From positions 1 to 64,000 of the IMG/VR virus record IMGVR_UViG_3300037042_006682: 64,000 nt of DNA. One strand, given 5' to 3'. Under the pieces are notes generated by a model. It had not been told where the DNA came from and did not search any database. It saw nothing but the letters and a program-made list of their open reading frames with translations. The position numbers and the translations under genes were made by a program. Numbering within the stretch: position 1 is the stretch's first letter; every line of letters starts with the position of its first letter. Shown piece by piece: positions 9,043-18,417 of this stretch. Source of the DNA: a virus.

Positions 9043-9969
9043 TTAAAACTTCCGGCGTGGCGCAAACGGCGCGATGCGCCGCGTAAAGGCCTCCGCCGCC
9101 CCGCCCAGATCACTTATACCGAGGGAATCCACCTCGGGCAACGAATGCCCCGTCCAACGCCCCGTTTCTACATAACGCACGTAGGCCTTCAGCAACTTCG
9201 GGATGGCCTTCCCCAGGGCCTCCAGCGCGGGACGCCAGTGCGCCTTGCCCTCGCCCCCGCCCAGCCCGAACTCGGCCCGTAGGACCGCCCACGCCACATC
9301 CTGGTGCACCTCGGCCCCCACGCCCTCGCCCGGCGGCTCGACCTTCGCGTTGATCACGCCCATCGCGCGCAGGCTCGACTCGATGAGATCGGCCTCGCGC
9401 CGACGCTCCGCCACGAAGTATGCTACCTCGTCGGGGCGCGCGGCCCGCGCCACGAGCGTCGCGTCCTGGGGGTCCGGCCGGATCGGCAGCCAGTCCGGCG
9501 GCCAGGGGCTGTACTTGGCCAACACCTCGACAAAGGGCCGCGCGCCGGGCCGCGGCACCACGAACAGCAGCGTGGTCCCCACCTGCTGCTCCGTGAGCCC
9601 CTCGGGCTGCCCCTCGAAGTACACCGCGACGCCCTCCCCCGCATCGACGCCCTCCAACAGGGCGATCTGGAGCTGCTCCGCATAGGGGATCGTCCCGAGG
9701 CTCGGCGCGCGGGCGCGCACCTCCTCGCGCAACACGTCGGCCAGCGCCAACAGGAACAGCGCGCGCCCCTTCACCATGCGCTTGGGGTAGAGCGTGAAGA
9801 ACCGCTTGATGTCCCGCCCCGTCTGGGGGGCCCACCCGAAGACCGGCACGGGCGAGATGGCCGCGCGGGGGGCGTTCCTCGCCTTGGTCCCCGCCGGGGG
9901 GCGGATGCGCTTCAGGGGGACCTTGCGCCCCTTGAACCGCTGCCCCGTACCCGTGAACGCCTTCGCCAC
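9043..9969 (-). CDS. Hypothetical virion morphogenesis/neck protein
   Basis: 308-aa ORF abutting the upstream stop in the structural operon; C-terminal EFG...HWRPAL resembles neck/tail-completion proteins. Confidence 0.5.
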   Translation of the reverse strand: MAKAFTGTGQRFKGRKVPLKRIRPPAGTKARNAPRAAISPVPVFGWAPQTGRDIKRFFTLYPKRMVKGRALFLLALADVLREEVRARAPSLGTIPYAEQLQIALLEGVDAGEGVAVYFEGQPEGLTEQQVGTTLLFVVPRPGARPFVEVLAKYSPWPPDWLPIRPDPQDATLVARAARPDEVAYFVAERRREADLIESSLRAMGVINAKVEPPGEGVGAEVHQDVAWAVLRAEFGLGGGEGKAHWRPALEALGKAIPKLLKAYVRYVETGRWTGHSLPEVDSLGISDLGGAAEAFTRRIAPFAPRRKF

Positions 9970-10659
9970 TTATGCGCCCTGGGCCTGCACTTTTGGCTTG
10001 CGTTTCTTAGGCGCGTGTGCCTGCGCCTTGAGCGCCCGCCGCGTCTCGTGCCCCTTGACCGCCGCCGCGCTGCGCTTGGCCGCCACCTGCTGCACCGCCA
10101 AGGCCTTAGCCGCCTTCTTCTGCGTGCGCTGCGCGCTGATCAGCTTCGCCGCCATCTTGACGCGGCCCTCGCGCTGCTGCTCGGCCGGCTTCAGCCGCTC
10201 CATCCCCATGCGCCGCGAGGCGCCCTTGAGGTGCTGGCGGATGCCCTCCATCATGCTCTGGCGCTTGGTGCGCTTGGGCCGGAAGCCATAGTGACGCTTC
10301 ACCTGATTCTTCCAAAAGCGCATGGCCTGCTCGTAGTTCGGCTTGCCCCTCGCCACGATCCGCCCCTCAGTCGCCATGCGCGCCACCGCGCTCCACCAAA
10401 AGACCGCGGAGTCCGGGAACGGGATCTGCGCGGGATCGATCAGGTACCACGGCGGCTGCAGGTAGCGCCCGTACTTGACCTTGGCCTGCTCCATCGTCAA
10501 CTGCTCGGGCCGCGGGTTGCGCGTCGGCATGCGGGGCTGGATCGCCCGCGCCTCCAGCAAGGCCGCGAGGCGCCCCGCCAGCCCCTCGCTGCGTACACGC
10601 GTACGCAAGCCCCCCGTAATCGCCCGGAGGGCCCCCGCGAGCTGCCCCGCCGTCCTCAC
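9970..10659 (-). CDS. Highly basic protein (K/R/A-rich), candidate internal DNA-binding head protein
   Basis: Histone-H1-like C-terminus; N-terminal ALRAI...LAALLE motif. Confidence 0.6.
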   Translation of the reverse strand: MRTAGQLAGALRAITGGLRTRVRSEGLAGRLAALLEARAIQPRMPTRNPRPEQLTMEQAKVKYGRYLQPPWYLIDPAQIPFPDSAVFWWSAVARMATEGRIVARGKPNYEQAMRFWKNQVKRHYGFRPKRTKRQSMMEGIRQHLKGASRRMGMERLKPAEQQREGRVKMAAKLISAQRTQKKAAKALAVQQVAAKRSAAAVKGHETRRALKAQAHAPKKRKPKVQAQGA

Positions 10660-11030
10660 GACGGCACCGCCGGCATCGACACGTGCGCGAGGGCCGGGCG
10701 CCCATCCGTCCGCGCCTTCGCCACGTACTGGGGCACGAGGGGCTCATGGCCCGCACAGACCCCAATGAGGCCGGGCTGGCCCGCCACACGGATCCCCGCG
10801 TGCGAGGCCGCCCCACACAGGAAGCAGTAGCCCGCGAGGTGCCCGAGGAGCGGCCCACTATACCAAGGGTAGGTGCCCCCGCCCCAGGGCCCGCAGCAGG
10901 CCGCCCCGCGCGCCGTGGCCTCGCAGTAGGGGAGCCCGCGCGCACGCCCCCACCAATAGCGGTCGCACATCGCGCACGCCCAGACGACACCCTCCCGCGT
11001 CGCCGCCCCCACGTCCCGCGCCGCGCTCAC
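10656..11030 (-). CDS. Cys-rich putative Zn-binding protein
   Basis: GTG 11030 overlapping upstream TGA; CAMC, C, CC, CFLC, C..H. Confidence 0.55.
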   Translation of the reverse strand: MSAARDVGAATREGVVWACAMCDRYWWGRARGLPYCEATARGAACCGPWGGGTYPWYSGPLLGHLAGYCFLCGAASHAGIRVAGQPGLIGVCAGHEPLVPQYVAKARTDGRPALAHVSMPAVPS

Positions 11031-11329
11031 GCAAACCTCGCGCTCACGCGGAACCGCGCGGTGTCCCCATGGCCCTGCCAGCCCGCCATCTCCACGTAGG
11101 CCTGCACACGGTAGTCCCCGGCCTGGTCCCAATCCCCCGCCTGCACGAAGTAGGCGATGCTCGTGGTGCCCTCCAGAGCGCCGACCCACGTCACCAACGT
11201 ACCGTCCGGCTTCTGCACATGCAGCGCACGCGTGGTCGCCGCCGTGATGTCCACGCAGGCGTCCACGACGATCTTCGTGCCGATGTCGCCGACGTAATAC
11301 TTCGAGATGCCATCGCAACAGTCAGCCAT
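11027..11329 (-). CDS. BppU-N-like small structural domain protein
   Basis: GDIGT...VQKPDG...YFVQAGDWDQAGDYRVQAYV...FRV pattern. Confidence 0.65.
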   Translation of the reverse strand: MADCCDGISKYYVGDIGTKIVVDACVDITAATTRALHVQKPDGTLVTWVGALEGTTSIAYFVQAGDWDQAGDYRVQAYVEMAGWQGHGDTARFRVSARFA

Positions 11330-11510
11330 CGGCCGGATCCTCCTCTAGCCCGAGCTTCGAGCACATCGCCAACGCAGGCGCCGCACACCCCGCAAGCTGC
11401 AGGGTGAGCGCCATCGGCCCCCGCAATGCCACCAGCGTAGCGCAGGGCGAACACGCGGCCAAGGTTTGCGCCACGCATGAGGTCACGCACAGGAGATCAT
11501 CGCTCGCCAC
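11322..11510 (-). CDS. Small hypothetical protein
   Basis: Coupled ORF in operon. Confidence 0.4.
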   Translation of the reverse strand: MASDDLLCVTSCVAQTLAACSPCATLVALRGPMALTLQLAGCAAPALAMCSKLGLEEDPADG

Positions 11511-11675
11511 CTAGCAGCCCTCCGTGCGCTTAGTCGCACTGACCAGGCCCAGGCGCTGCGCGATCCGCGAGCACAGGCGCACGATCTCCCGCAGGCGCCC
11601 CGTCCAAATGCCCGCGTAGCCCTGCGTCGCCATCAAGCTCTTAGGCCCAAGCCCGCGCGTCACGATGCGGTTCAT
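11511..11675 (-). CDS. Small hypothetical protein (54 aa, below the ORF-track cut-off)
   Basis: ATG 11675 overlaps upstream stop; MNRIVTRGLGPKSLMATQGY..., TAG at 11511-11513. Confidence 0.5.
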   Translation of the reverse strand: MNRIVTRGLGPKSLMATQGYAGIWTGRLREIVRLCSRIAQRLGLVSATKRTEGC

Positions 11676-12145
11676 GCGGGCACCCGCTCGAAGACATTCT
11701 CCATCGTGGGGAGCCCCGCCTGGTCCTTCAGGTCAAACGTCAAGATCGGCGTCACATCATCGGTGCCATAGAAGATCATCTGGTCACCGAGAATGCGCCA
11801 GCGCCCCGTCTCCACCTGCCGCACGAGCGCGAGGTCCGCCTGGAGCGCGAGGTCGTGCACCGTCACGTCCTCGACCACCACGCATAGCACGCCGTTGGCG
11901 TCGACGAGCTGGTACTCCGCCACATACTGCGCCACGGGGAGCGCCGGGGGGAGCCACACGAGGCGCCACGTGCTCGACGCCCCCACCTGCGCGAGGTCCG
12001 TCAGGGGGAGGACCTCAACCTCGCCCCCCCCCACCACGTGGTACACGCGCACCGCGGCGCCCGCCACGTCGAGCTTGGGCGTCCCGTCCAGGTCCACCGC
12101 GAGCACCTGAAGCACCACCTGCGCCGGGTTCGGCCGTAGCAGCAT
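11672..12145 (-). CDS. Hypothetical Ig-like structural protein
   Basis: GAGGAGGTGG RBS; beta-rich sequence. Confidence 0.6.
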   Translation of the reverse strand: MLLRPNPAQVVLQVLAVDLDGTPKLDVAGAAVRVYHVVGGGEVEVLPLTDLAQVGASSTWRLVWLPPALPVAQYVAEYQLVDANGVLCVVVEDVTVHDLALQADLALVRQVETGRWRILGDQMIFYGTDDVTPILTFDLKDQAGLPTMENVFERVPA

Positions 12146-12154
12146 CCCACCTCC

Positions 12155-12637
12155 TCAGCGCGACAGCGCCATCCCTGTGACGATTGCCCCGAGCACCACG
12201 ACAGCCCCACCCAGCACGCCAGAAAAGATCCCCCAGCGACGTGCTCGCGCCTTTGCCGCATCCGCCTTCAACTGTGCGTCGCGCGCCCGTTCATCGGCAA
12301 TCACCTCACGCGCCAACGCCGCATCCGTCGCGCCCTTCTGTACCATGGCCTCCCCCTCATTCAACGCTGCCCGCATCACCTGGGTGGCATACAACGACTC
12401 AGCACGCGGCGCCCACTCAAGCAGCGCCCGGTAGTCCAACACGAGGTGCCCCAAATCCTTCCACTCATCGAGCGTGAAACACTTCTGGTCCACGCTGCCA
12501 ATACGACAGATCGTCCCCGATGGGACCAACCGCTCAGCGTTTGGTCGCGGGGGGAGAACCTCCTGTGCCCACGTGTTCCCGGCCATACAGCACAGTATCC
12601 ACAGCACTAATACTGGTCGCATCATCGATCGCATCAT
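12155..12637 (-). CDS. Signal peptide + coiled coil + C-terminal TM protein (spanin-like candidate)
   Basis: Hydrophobic N-terminus ending TWA|QE; C-terminal WGIFSGVLGGAVVVLGAIV; overlaps upstream gene by ~100 nt. Confidence 0.55.
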   Translation of the reverse strand: MMRSMMRPVLVLWILCCMAGNTWAQEVLPPRPNAERLVPSGTICRIGSVDQKCFTLDEWKDLGHLVLDYRALLEWAPRAESLYATQVMRAALNEGEAMVQKGATDAALAREVIADERARDAQLKADAAKARARRWGIFSGVLGGAVVVLGAIVTGMALSR

Positions 12638-12902
12638 GCCCCTCCTTCGTCTTTCTCACATCCGCCGCTGCGCCATCCCGCGTCGCCGCGTCCACCGCGT
12701 CCAACGCAGCCTTGGCTTCCTTGATCGGCCCCAACACGGGGGTCGGGTCGTATGGGGGCACCCCGGGCGACGGTACCACTGACGTGGGCTTGCGTAATCT
12801 ATGCCTTGCCATCACCGCGATCCATATCCCCACAAACATCCCCCCTGCCGACGCCGTAATCACCTTCCAGTGCCGCTTCGCCCAATCCCATGCCTTCTTC
12901 AT
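12534..12902 (-). CDS. N-terminal TM + coiled-coil protein (i-spanin-like candidate)
   Basis: ATG 12902: MKKAWDWAKRHWKVITASAGGMFVGIWIAVM then an Ala-rich helix. Confidence 0.55.
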   Translation of the reverse strand: MKKAWDWAKRHWKVITASAGGMFVGIWIAVMARHRLRKPTSVVPSPGVPPYDPTPVLGPIKEAKAALDAVDAATRDGAAADVRKTKEGHDAIDDATSISAVDTVLYGREHVGTGGSPPATKR

Positions 12903-13261
12903 GCACGCTTCTCCCGAGGCGGGATCGGCCCCGTCTGTCCCACATTTCCACGTTTCCGCAACAACCACCAGATCGCGAGCCCCCCGAGCGTGTTCGCGAT
13001 CATGTCACGCCAACTGGCCCCGTACCGGAAGCACCCGTCCCAGATGATCTCCCATGCCCCCATCATCACGACCCACGCACACAACGGCCCCAAAATCTTC
13101 CCCCCCCACCGACTGAGCAGCCAACCGAGGAAGAACACCATGAGGAAATGCATCACCTTGTCGGGCAACACGATGTTCCACGACGCGGGCAACCCCAACT
13201 CATCGAGCCGCAACATCTCCCACCAGTAGTCCTCATGTTCCCAACGAAATGCCTGCATCAC
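12899..13261 (-). CDS. VanZ-like membrane protein
   Basis: DKVMHFL...WE...ASWRDMIANTLGG with 3 TM segments. Confidence 0.65.
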   Translation of the reverse strand: MMQAFRWEHEDYWWEMLRLDELGLPASWNIVLPDKVMHFLMVFFLGWLLSRWGGKILGPLCAWVVMMGAWEIIWDGCFRYGASWRDMIANTLGGLAIWWLLRKRGNVGQTGPIPPREKRA

Positions 13262-13764
13262 GCCTCCTTCCCAATGATCTCGAAATCCTCCCCATGCGCG
13301 AGGCAGAAATCCCGGATATCTTGGGGCGTCGTCAACTCACGCGGCAACTCGCCCGCCCAGGCCACTCCAGACGCCCGTAAGAAGATCGCGACCAACTCGG
13401 AACACTTCACCGCCGAGGTCTTCCATCGAATCCGTGTCACCTTGACGCGGAACCACTCCTTGAGGGTGAACACCCACGCGATCACGAGCAAGCCGCCGTA
13501 GTCGTACCGCTGCCCCATCTCGTCGGAGATCGCCGCGAGCCCGGCCCGCGCCCCAAACTTGCACCGATACTCGGCCACTACGTGATGCCGCGCCCGAACC
13601 GACGGCACCATGCGCACGCCCCCGATGCGCGCCTCGGCCACCATGCGCCGCCCCCACACCGGGAACTCGATCAGGCAGTGCGAGACCGGACTACGGGTGA
13701 TCCACCGGATCACCGCGCCCAGCGGCGTCTTCGAGGCGGTCAGTACGATGCGCACGTCATCCAT
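13258..13764 (-). CDS. Permuted papain-like NlpC/P60 amidase/peptidase (YiiX/YebB-like)
   Basis: IRWITRSPVSH...GQRYDY...KCSELVA...TPQDI (His before Cys). Confidence 0.8.
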   Translation of the reverse strand: MDDVRIVLTASKTPLGAVIRWITRSPVSHCLIEFPVWGRRMVAEARIGGVRMVPSVRARHHVVAEYRCKFGARAGLAAISDEMGQRYDYGGLLVIAWVFTLKEWFRVKVTRIRWKTSAVKCSELVAIFLRASGVAWAGELPRELTTPQDIRDFCLAHGEDFEIIGKEA

Positions 13765-13771
13765 GAGGCTC

Positions 13772-14719
13772 CTAGTTCAACGCGTTGGCCCGCGCCCGGT
13801 ACAGCGTCGCCGCCAACTGGATCAACTTCGCACTCGTATTGTGCAGCGTCACCTTGAAGATCCAGTGCGCGAGCACGCGGATCGGCTTCACGGCGGGCAC
13901 GATCAACGGGTAGTGATCCGTCCCGAGCAGCGGCAACTTGGTCACGAACTCGTTGAGCGCGATGTCTGCGTCAAACAGGTGATAGCCCCCTGTGCCCGCC
14001 GCGTTGAGCGTCACGGCCTCGGTCACGGGATCCCAGTCAAAGTAGCCATGCCCGCCCGGTGCTGGTACCGGCCGCACCTTGGTGAACGCCACATTCGCGT
14101 TCTCCTTGGCGGTCAGGTCGAGATCCCAGTTGCCCGTCCCTGGAGTCGCCGGGACGAACACGTGCGCCCCGCCCCCCACCGCCACCTTGTTGTAATCGCC
14201 CGCCCCAAGGTTCTCTACCCCCGCCGTGGCAGGCGCATAGACTGTGAGCGAGACGTGATCGCCGAGCGCAAACCCTATGTGCCCGAGATGCCCGCCCGCG
14301 AGGTACGACCACTGCACGAACTGGAACTCCTGCACGTCGTCGCCCTGGGCGTCCGCCTCGAACGTCAACAGCTCCGTGCCGATGGTCCCCGCCGCCACGT
14401 CATCGCTGGCCCCGCAGAAGTTGGTCAACACGCCCAGCGGGAAGAGGTTGGGCGCCGTGTACTTGCGCCCATCCACATCCTGGGGCTCCACGAGCGCTGC
14501 CAAGGGCACCCCACTGTGCGCCGCTACCAACGCCGCGAGTACGCCCACCTCGCCCTCGCTGAGCGTCGTCTTGAACCACAGATCACAGGCATCTCCCGAC
14601 GTGTCGATCCGCGTCAACGCCACCGTGATCGCACTGGTCGCCACCTCTTGCGTGAGTCGATCCGGTGCCACACGATGATCGGGGAAATCACTCGAGATGG
14701 AAAACTCGTACTTCTGCAT
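13772..14719 (-). CDS. Hypothetical structural protein
   Basis: GGAG RBS; 315-aa beta-rich ORF in the structural block. Confidence 0.6.
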   Translation of the reverse strand: MQKYEFSISSDFPDHRVAPDRLTQEVATSAITVALTRIDTSGDACDLWFKTTLSEGEVGVLAALVAAHSGVPLAALVEPQDVDGRKYTAPNLFPLGVLTNFCGASDDVAAGTIGTELLTFEADAQGDDVQEFQFVQWSYLAGGHLGHIGFALGDHVSLTVYAPATAGVENLGAGDYNKVAVGGGAHVFVPATPGTGNWDLDLTAKENANVAFTKVRPVPAPGGHGYFDWDPVTEAVTLNAAGTGGYHLFDADIALNEFVTKLPLLGTDHYPLIVPAVKPIRVLAHWIFKVTLHNTSAKLIQLAATLYRARANALN

Positions 14720-14750
14720 GAATGTGCTCCCTCTGCCCCGCCCGAAATAA

Positions 14751-15383
14751 TCAGATCTTGCGATCTTCTACCAACAAGGACCCGTGAAACAAAGCAGGCG
14801 TGGTCAACGCCGTAATGCGCGCCGTCCCGCCCGTAGTCTTCCACTGAATCTTTACCGTATGCGAGGCCGCCGTCGCACTCTTCCGCAACACGATCGCCCC
14901 CGAATTCAACTGTGCGGAGGTCACACGCATCTGGATGCCCCGTTGCACCGTCCCATCCACTAGCACCTGAAAAGCAATATCCTGAAGCGTAGAGCAATCC
15001 GCACTTACCGAGAACCAGATGTGCAGGTACCCCGCCGTCTCCACCGTCAACGTCACGCTGAGCGCCGTCAAATCTACGAACGACGTGGAGGTCGTCGTGA
15101 CATCCGTCGTCACCTCGGCGAACCCCACCTGCCGGATCTCCGGCGCCGCGAGGTGGGCATCGATCTGGGCATGCGTGTTCGTCCCCCGATCGGCGATGTT
15201 CAGATGCGAGAGCTGATCCGATGCCCCCTGGGCATGGCTCGCCGCATGCGCCGTCGCCAGCGTCTCCTCGGTCCCATCGTCCTTCTTCGAGTACCAGCCG
15301 CCATCCAGCTTGGGATAGAGCTTCTGGAACCCCGTCGAAGGCGTGGCGTGCGTATCGCTCTTGCTGATATTCAACTCACCCAT
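14751..15383 (-). CDS. Tail fibre/appendage-like protein
   Basis: AGGAGG RBS, ATG 15383; HAASHA and GTNTHAQIDAHL fibre motifs; Thr-rich beta C-terminus. Confidence 0.6.
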   Translation of the reverse strand: MGELNISKSDTHATPSTGFQKLYPKLDGGWYSKKDDGTEETLATAHAASHAQGASDQLSHLNIADRGTNTHAQIDAHLAAPEIRQVGFAEVTTDVTTTSTSFVDLTALSVTLTVETAGYLHIWFSVSADCSTLQDIAFQVLVDGTVQRGIQMRVTSAQLNSGAIVLRKSATAASHTVKIQWKTTGGTARITALTTPALFHGSLLVEDRKI

Positions 15384-15394
15384 CGTGCCGCCTC

Positions 15395-15778
15395 CTACAG
15401 GATGAACACGCGTCCCTCGACGCGTAGCTCCCCCTCCAACGTCAACTGATCCGCGATGATAAACTGATACGGAATCCGCACCCACGCCACTTCATCCGCA
15501 TAGACCCACTCGCGCATGTAGGCGAGCCCCGTGCCCCCGTGCGCCAGCTCCTTGAGCGTCATGGGCTCGGGCACCGCCACATCCTGGAACGTCAGGTTGT
15601 CGTCCGCATCCCGCGTGACGAGCACCTGCGAATCGTTCGAGATGTCGCTCTGGATCGCCACGCCCCGGCAATCGAGGAAGTCCTCGTGCACGTCGATCTC
15701 GGACGGCGACAGATCCGTCTCCGTCCCCCCATGGGCGGGATCCTCCCACTTCAGCGCTTGAGTACGGTCGATCACCAT
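15395..15778 (-). CDS. Hypothetical structural protein (possibly leaderless)
   Basis: 127-aa ORF; -10-like box 6 nt upstream of ATG. Confidence 0.6.
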   Translation of the reverse strand: MVIDRTQALKWEDPAHGGTETDLSPSEIDVHEDFLDCRGVAIQSDISNDSQVLVTRDADDNLTFQDVAVPEPMTLKELAHGGTGLAYMREWVYADEVAWVRIPYQFIIADQLTLEGELRVEGRVFIL

Positions 15779-15784
15779 GCGCCC

Positions 15785-15814
15785 AGCCTATCACCGGGCA
15801 GGGGGGAACTCCAA
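15785..15814 (-). promoter_or_regulatory. Putative sigma70-type promoter TTGGAG-N18-TAGGCT, leaderless geometry
   Basis: Read on the minus strand; ATG 6 nt after the -10 box, no SD. Confidence 0.35.
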
Positions 15815-15817
15815 GGT

Positions 15818-16891
15818 TCAGGCGAGGGATGGTGTCGACTCGTCCGCGATGTGCTGGTGCGTGCGGCGGTTGATGACGTTATAAATAGTCATCGTCGTCA
15901 CCCCAAAGATTTGCGCCAATTCGACCGCAGAATGAGCATCGCAGTGCCTAGCCTTGCGGATGAACCGAACATCCTCATCACTCAAAAACACACGTCGCGA
16001 GAGATCTTGGGCATCACATGCCGCCGTTTGAACCTCTGCTACGTGGCTATAAGTACTACCATGTAAGATCCTATAAATCGTATCAACCGAAACACCGAAA
16101 ATCTTAGCTAGGCTACGACCGCTATGCCCATGACTATGCAAATCAAGTATCTCCACAACGGTGTCTTTGTTCTTGAAAACACAATGCCCCCTGAACTTAG
16201 AAACCATGTCCTGCGCATTATCTACGTGTGTGCCTAAAAACAGGTGTTCTGGATTCACACACGCCGGATTGTCACACCGATGCAGGACATTCTTCCCTTC
16301 AGGAATCGATCCGTGATGGATCTCCCAGGACACACGGTGCGCCAACACCTTCTCCTTGCGCGTCGCATCGTAGATCCGCCCATACGTCACCCCATCCACT
16401 GCCCCCTTCCATAGCCAACACCCCTCCGTCTTCTCCACATACTTCCAGAACCGTTCCTGTATCGGCACCGGCACCGGGCCATTACGCGACCCCATCCTAA
16501 TCTTGGATGCCTGTGTCTTCTGAATACGCTCCTCAGACTGCCTAACCCCCGTGTTCCAGTGCCGATCCCCACTGTAGGTCCGATGCTCCTCGTAGATCCC
16601 CTGGCGCCGCAACTGCGACACAATGCGCCGCTGTGTGGTCCCAAAGTGCTCCGCCAACAATTGCGGAGATCCCCCCGCTTGATACACCGCCGCCAACTCC
16701 TTGGCATCCACCTCCTGCTCACGCGCAACAAGCAACTGTGCTTCCCCCCGCGACCGCACCGGAATCCCCACCTTGGCCAACCGAGCCCGTATAGTGTTCG
16801 ACTTTAACCCCACCTCGTTAGCAATCTCCACCGAGGTCTTCTTTTCCACCACGTACCGCATCCACAAAAACTCACGCGTCAACTCCAGCAT
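15818..16891 (-). CDS. Free-standing HNH homing endonuclease with HTH repeats
   Basis: RFWKYVEKTEGCWLWKG...AHRVSW...VLHRCDNPACVNPEHLFLGTHVDNAQDM; N- and C-terminal HTHs; lower GC than flanks. Confidence 0.9.
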   Translation of the reverse strand: MLELTREFLWMRYVVEKKTSVEIANEVGLKSNTIRARLAKVGIPVRSRGEAQLLVAREQEVDAKELAAVYQAGGSPQLLAEHFGTTQRRIVSQLRRQGIYEEHRTYSGDRHWNTGVRQSEERIQKTQASKIRMGSRNGPVPVPIQERFWKYVEKTEGCWLWKGAVDGVTYGRIYDATRKEKVLAHRVSWEIHHGSIPEGKNVLHRCDNPACVNPEHLFLGTHVDNAQDMVSKFRGHCVFKNKDTVVEILDLHSHGHSGRSLAKIFGVSVDTIYRILHGSTYSHVAEVQTAACDAQDLSRRVFLSDEDVRFIRKARHCDAHSAVELAQIFGVTTMTIYNVINRRTHQHIADESTPSLA

Positions 16892-16968
16892 CGCTTCCTC
16901 CTTGGGTTCGCTGCCAGAGCCAGTATCAGTTTTTCAGATTAAAATCAATACGTGGAGAAAGTCGTGCT

Positions 16969-18363
16969 TTAAGCCAGCTTACGACCATAATCCGCGATGG
17001 CCACGTCGAGGTCCGTCGCGTTCTTGGCGTAGCCCACGCGGATGACCTGCCCCGGCTTGGGCACGTTCGCGTAGGTCACGAGGGCGCCCGTGGTGCCGAG
17101 GTAGTAGGGCTCGCCCACGGTCGCGCCGGACAGGCAGCCCGTGCATACGCCGCTCTTCACGACCTCGGAGGTCCCGGGGTTCGCCGCGCCACCCGTGCGG
17201 GCGATACCGATCGCGCGGGCATGCGGCGCCGTGTCGTTGTCGGCGACCGCGATCTCGTTGTTGGTGCCCGCCCAGCGGACCACCTTGCCCGTCGCCACAA
17301 CCTCGGTGTTGAGGTGCGTGTCCTCGACGCGCTTCGCCTCGTCGACCGCCGTCACGGTGTGCGTGTGCAGGGCATCCGCGTTCGACGCACTGCCCGCCGT
17401 GAGGGTGCCGAGGTTGGTCGCCGTCACGTTCACCGACACCACGCTGTCGTTGATCTTGAACGCCGAGGGCAAGCCCACGACCCGGAGCCCATCCCCGTCC
17501 ACGTCGAGGGTGTCCGGCGATTCGTCGAGCTTGACCGAGACACCCGCCGCGACCACCTGGAGGCCGCCCAGCGGCGCCGCGAGCACCGACACGGCCTTGG
17601 TCGGCGAGGTGCCCGTGAGCTGTAGGCCCGGATCGGTCGCCAGGGCCAGGCTGATGGCATCCGATCCGATCGCGATGCCGTCGCCCGCGCCCACGCCGAG
17701 GAGGTTGCCCGTCTTGTAGAGACCAGGACCGGCATTGATCTGGCCCGCGCCGGAGAACTGGACCCAGGTCGTACCGTTGTAGGTCCACGCGGTGTCTGCC
17801 CACATGCCCGCATCGCCGTTGATGAGCGCGGCCCATCCGTCGGTCGGCACCTCAAACGACCACGTATTCGCCGTGGCGTTGTAGGTCGCGATCTGGTTGG
17901 CCTTCGCGCTGAACGATCCCGTGGCACCCGTCGCCTTCACGATCACGCGCGTGTTGTTAGCCGGTTCACCCGCCGTGTTCGCCTGGACGATGACCCACGC
18001 GGTGCCCGACCACTCCACGATGTCGCCGTTCGCGACGGTCCCCGTGAGCCAGTTCTTGACCACGTAGCAGTCACCCGCCGCGGCCGGCACGGGATCCGCG
18101 CCCAAGAAATCCGCGTCGCTGACCATGTTGAGCACTTTGGCCGGGGCACGCCACGTGAGGCCGCTGACCATGTTCTCCAGGTACTGCTTGGTGACCGCGT
18201 CCTGGGCGTTGTCGGGATCGGCCAGGCCCGTGATCTTGTGGGACGCCATGGCGATGTTGCCGCCCATGGTGAGCCCGAACAGCGACAGGGTGTCAGATGC
18301 GGTATTCTGTTCCTCGTGGTAGCCGTAGGTCTCGTTGAAGAACAGGAACTTGCGCTCGGTCAT
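16969..18363 (-). CDS. Fibre/decoration structural protein
   Basis: KITGLADP..AQDAVTKQY fibre motif, Trp-rich WSG/WTYNGTTW repeats, C-terminal cement-like domain (ARAIGIA...G.PYYL..TG...RVGYA). Confidence 0.7.
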   Translation of the reverse strand: MTERKFLFFNETYGYHEEQNTASDTLSLFGLTMGGNIAMASHKITGLADPDNAQDAVTKQYLENMVSGLTWRAPAKVLNMVSDADFLGADPVPAAAGDCYVVKNWLTGTVANGDIVEWSGTAWVIVQANTAGEPANNTRVIVKATGATGSFSAKANQIATYNATANTWSFEVPTDGWAALINGDAGMWADTAWTYNGTTWVQFSGAGQINAGPGLYKTGNLLGVGAGDGIAIGSDAISLALATDPGLQLTGTSPTKAVSVLAAPLGGLQVVAAGVSVKLDESPDTLDVDGDGLRVVGLPSAFKINDSVVSVNVTATNLGTLTAGSASNADALHTHTVTAVDEAKRVEDTHLNTEVVATGKVVRWAGTNNEIAVADNDTAPHARAIGIARTGGAANPGTSEVVKSGVCTGCLSGATVGEPYYLGTTGALVTYANVPKPGQVIRVGYAKNATDLDVAIADYGRKLA

Positions 18364-18417
18364 TGAGATCCTCCTGGGTTAGCCCGCTGCACGCGGCGCG
18401 GGCTTCTAGCGCCGGCC

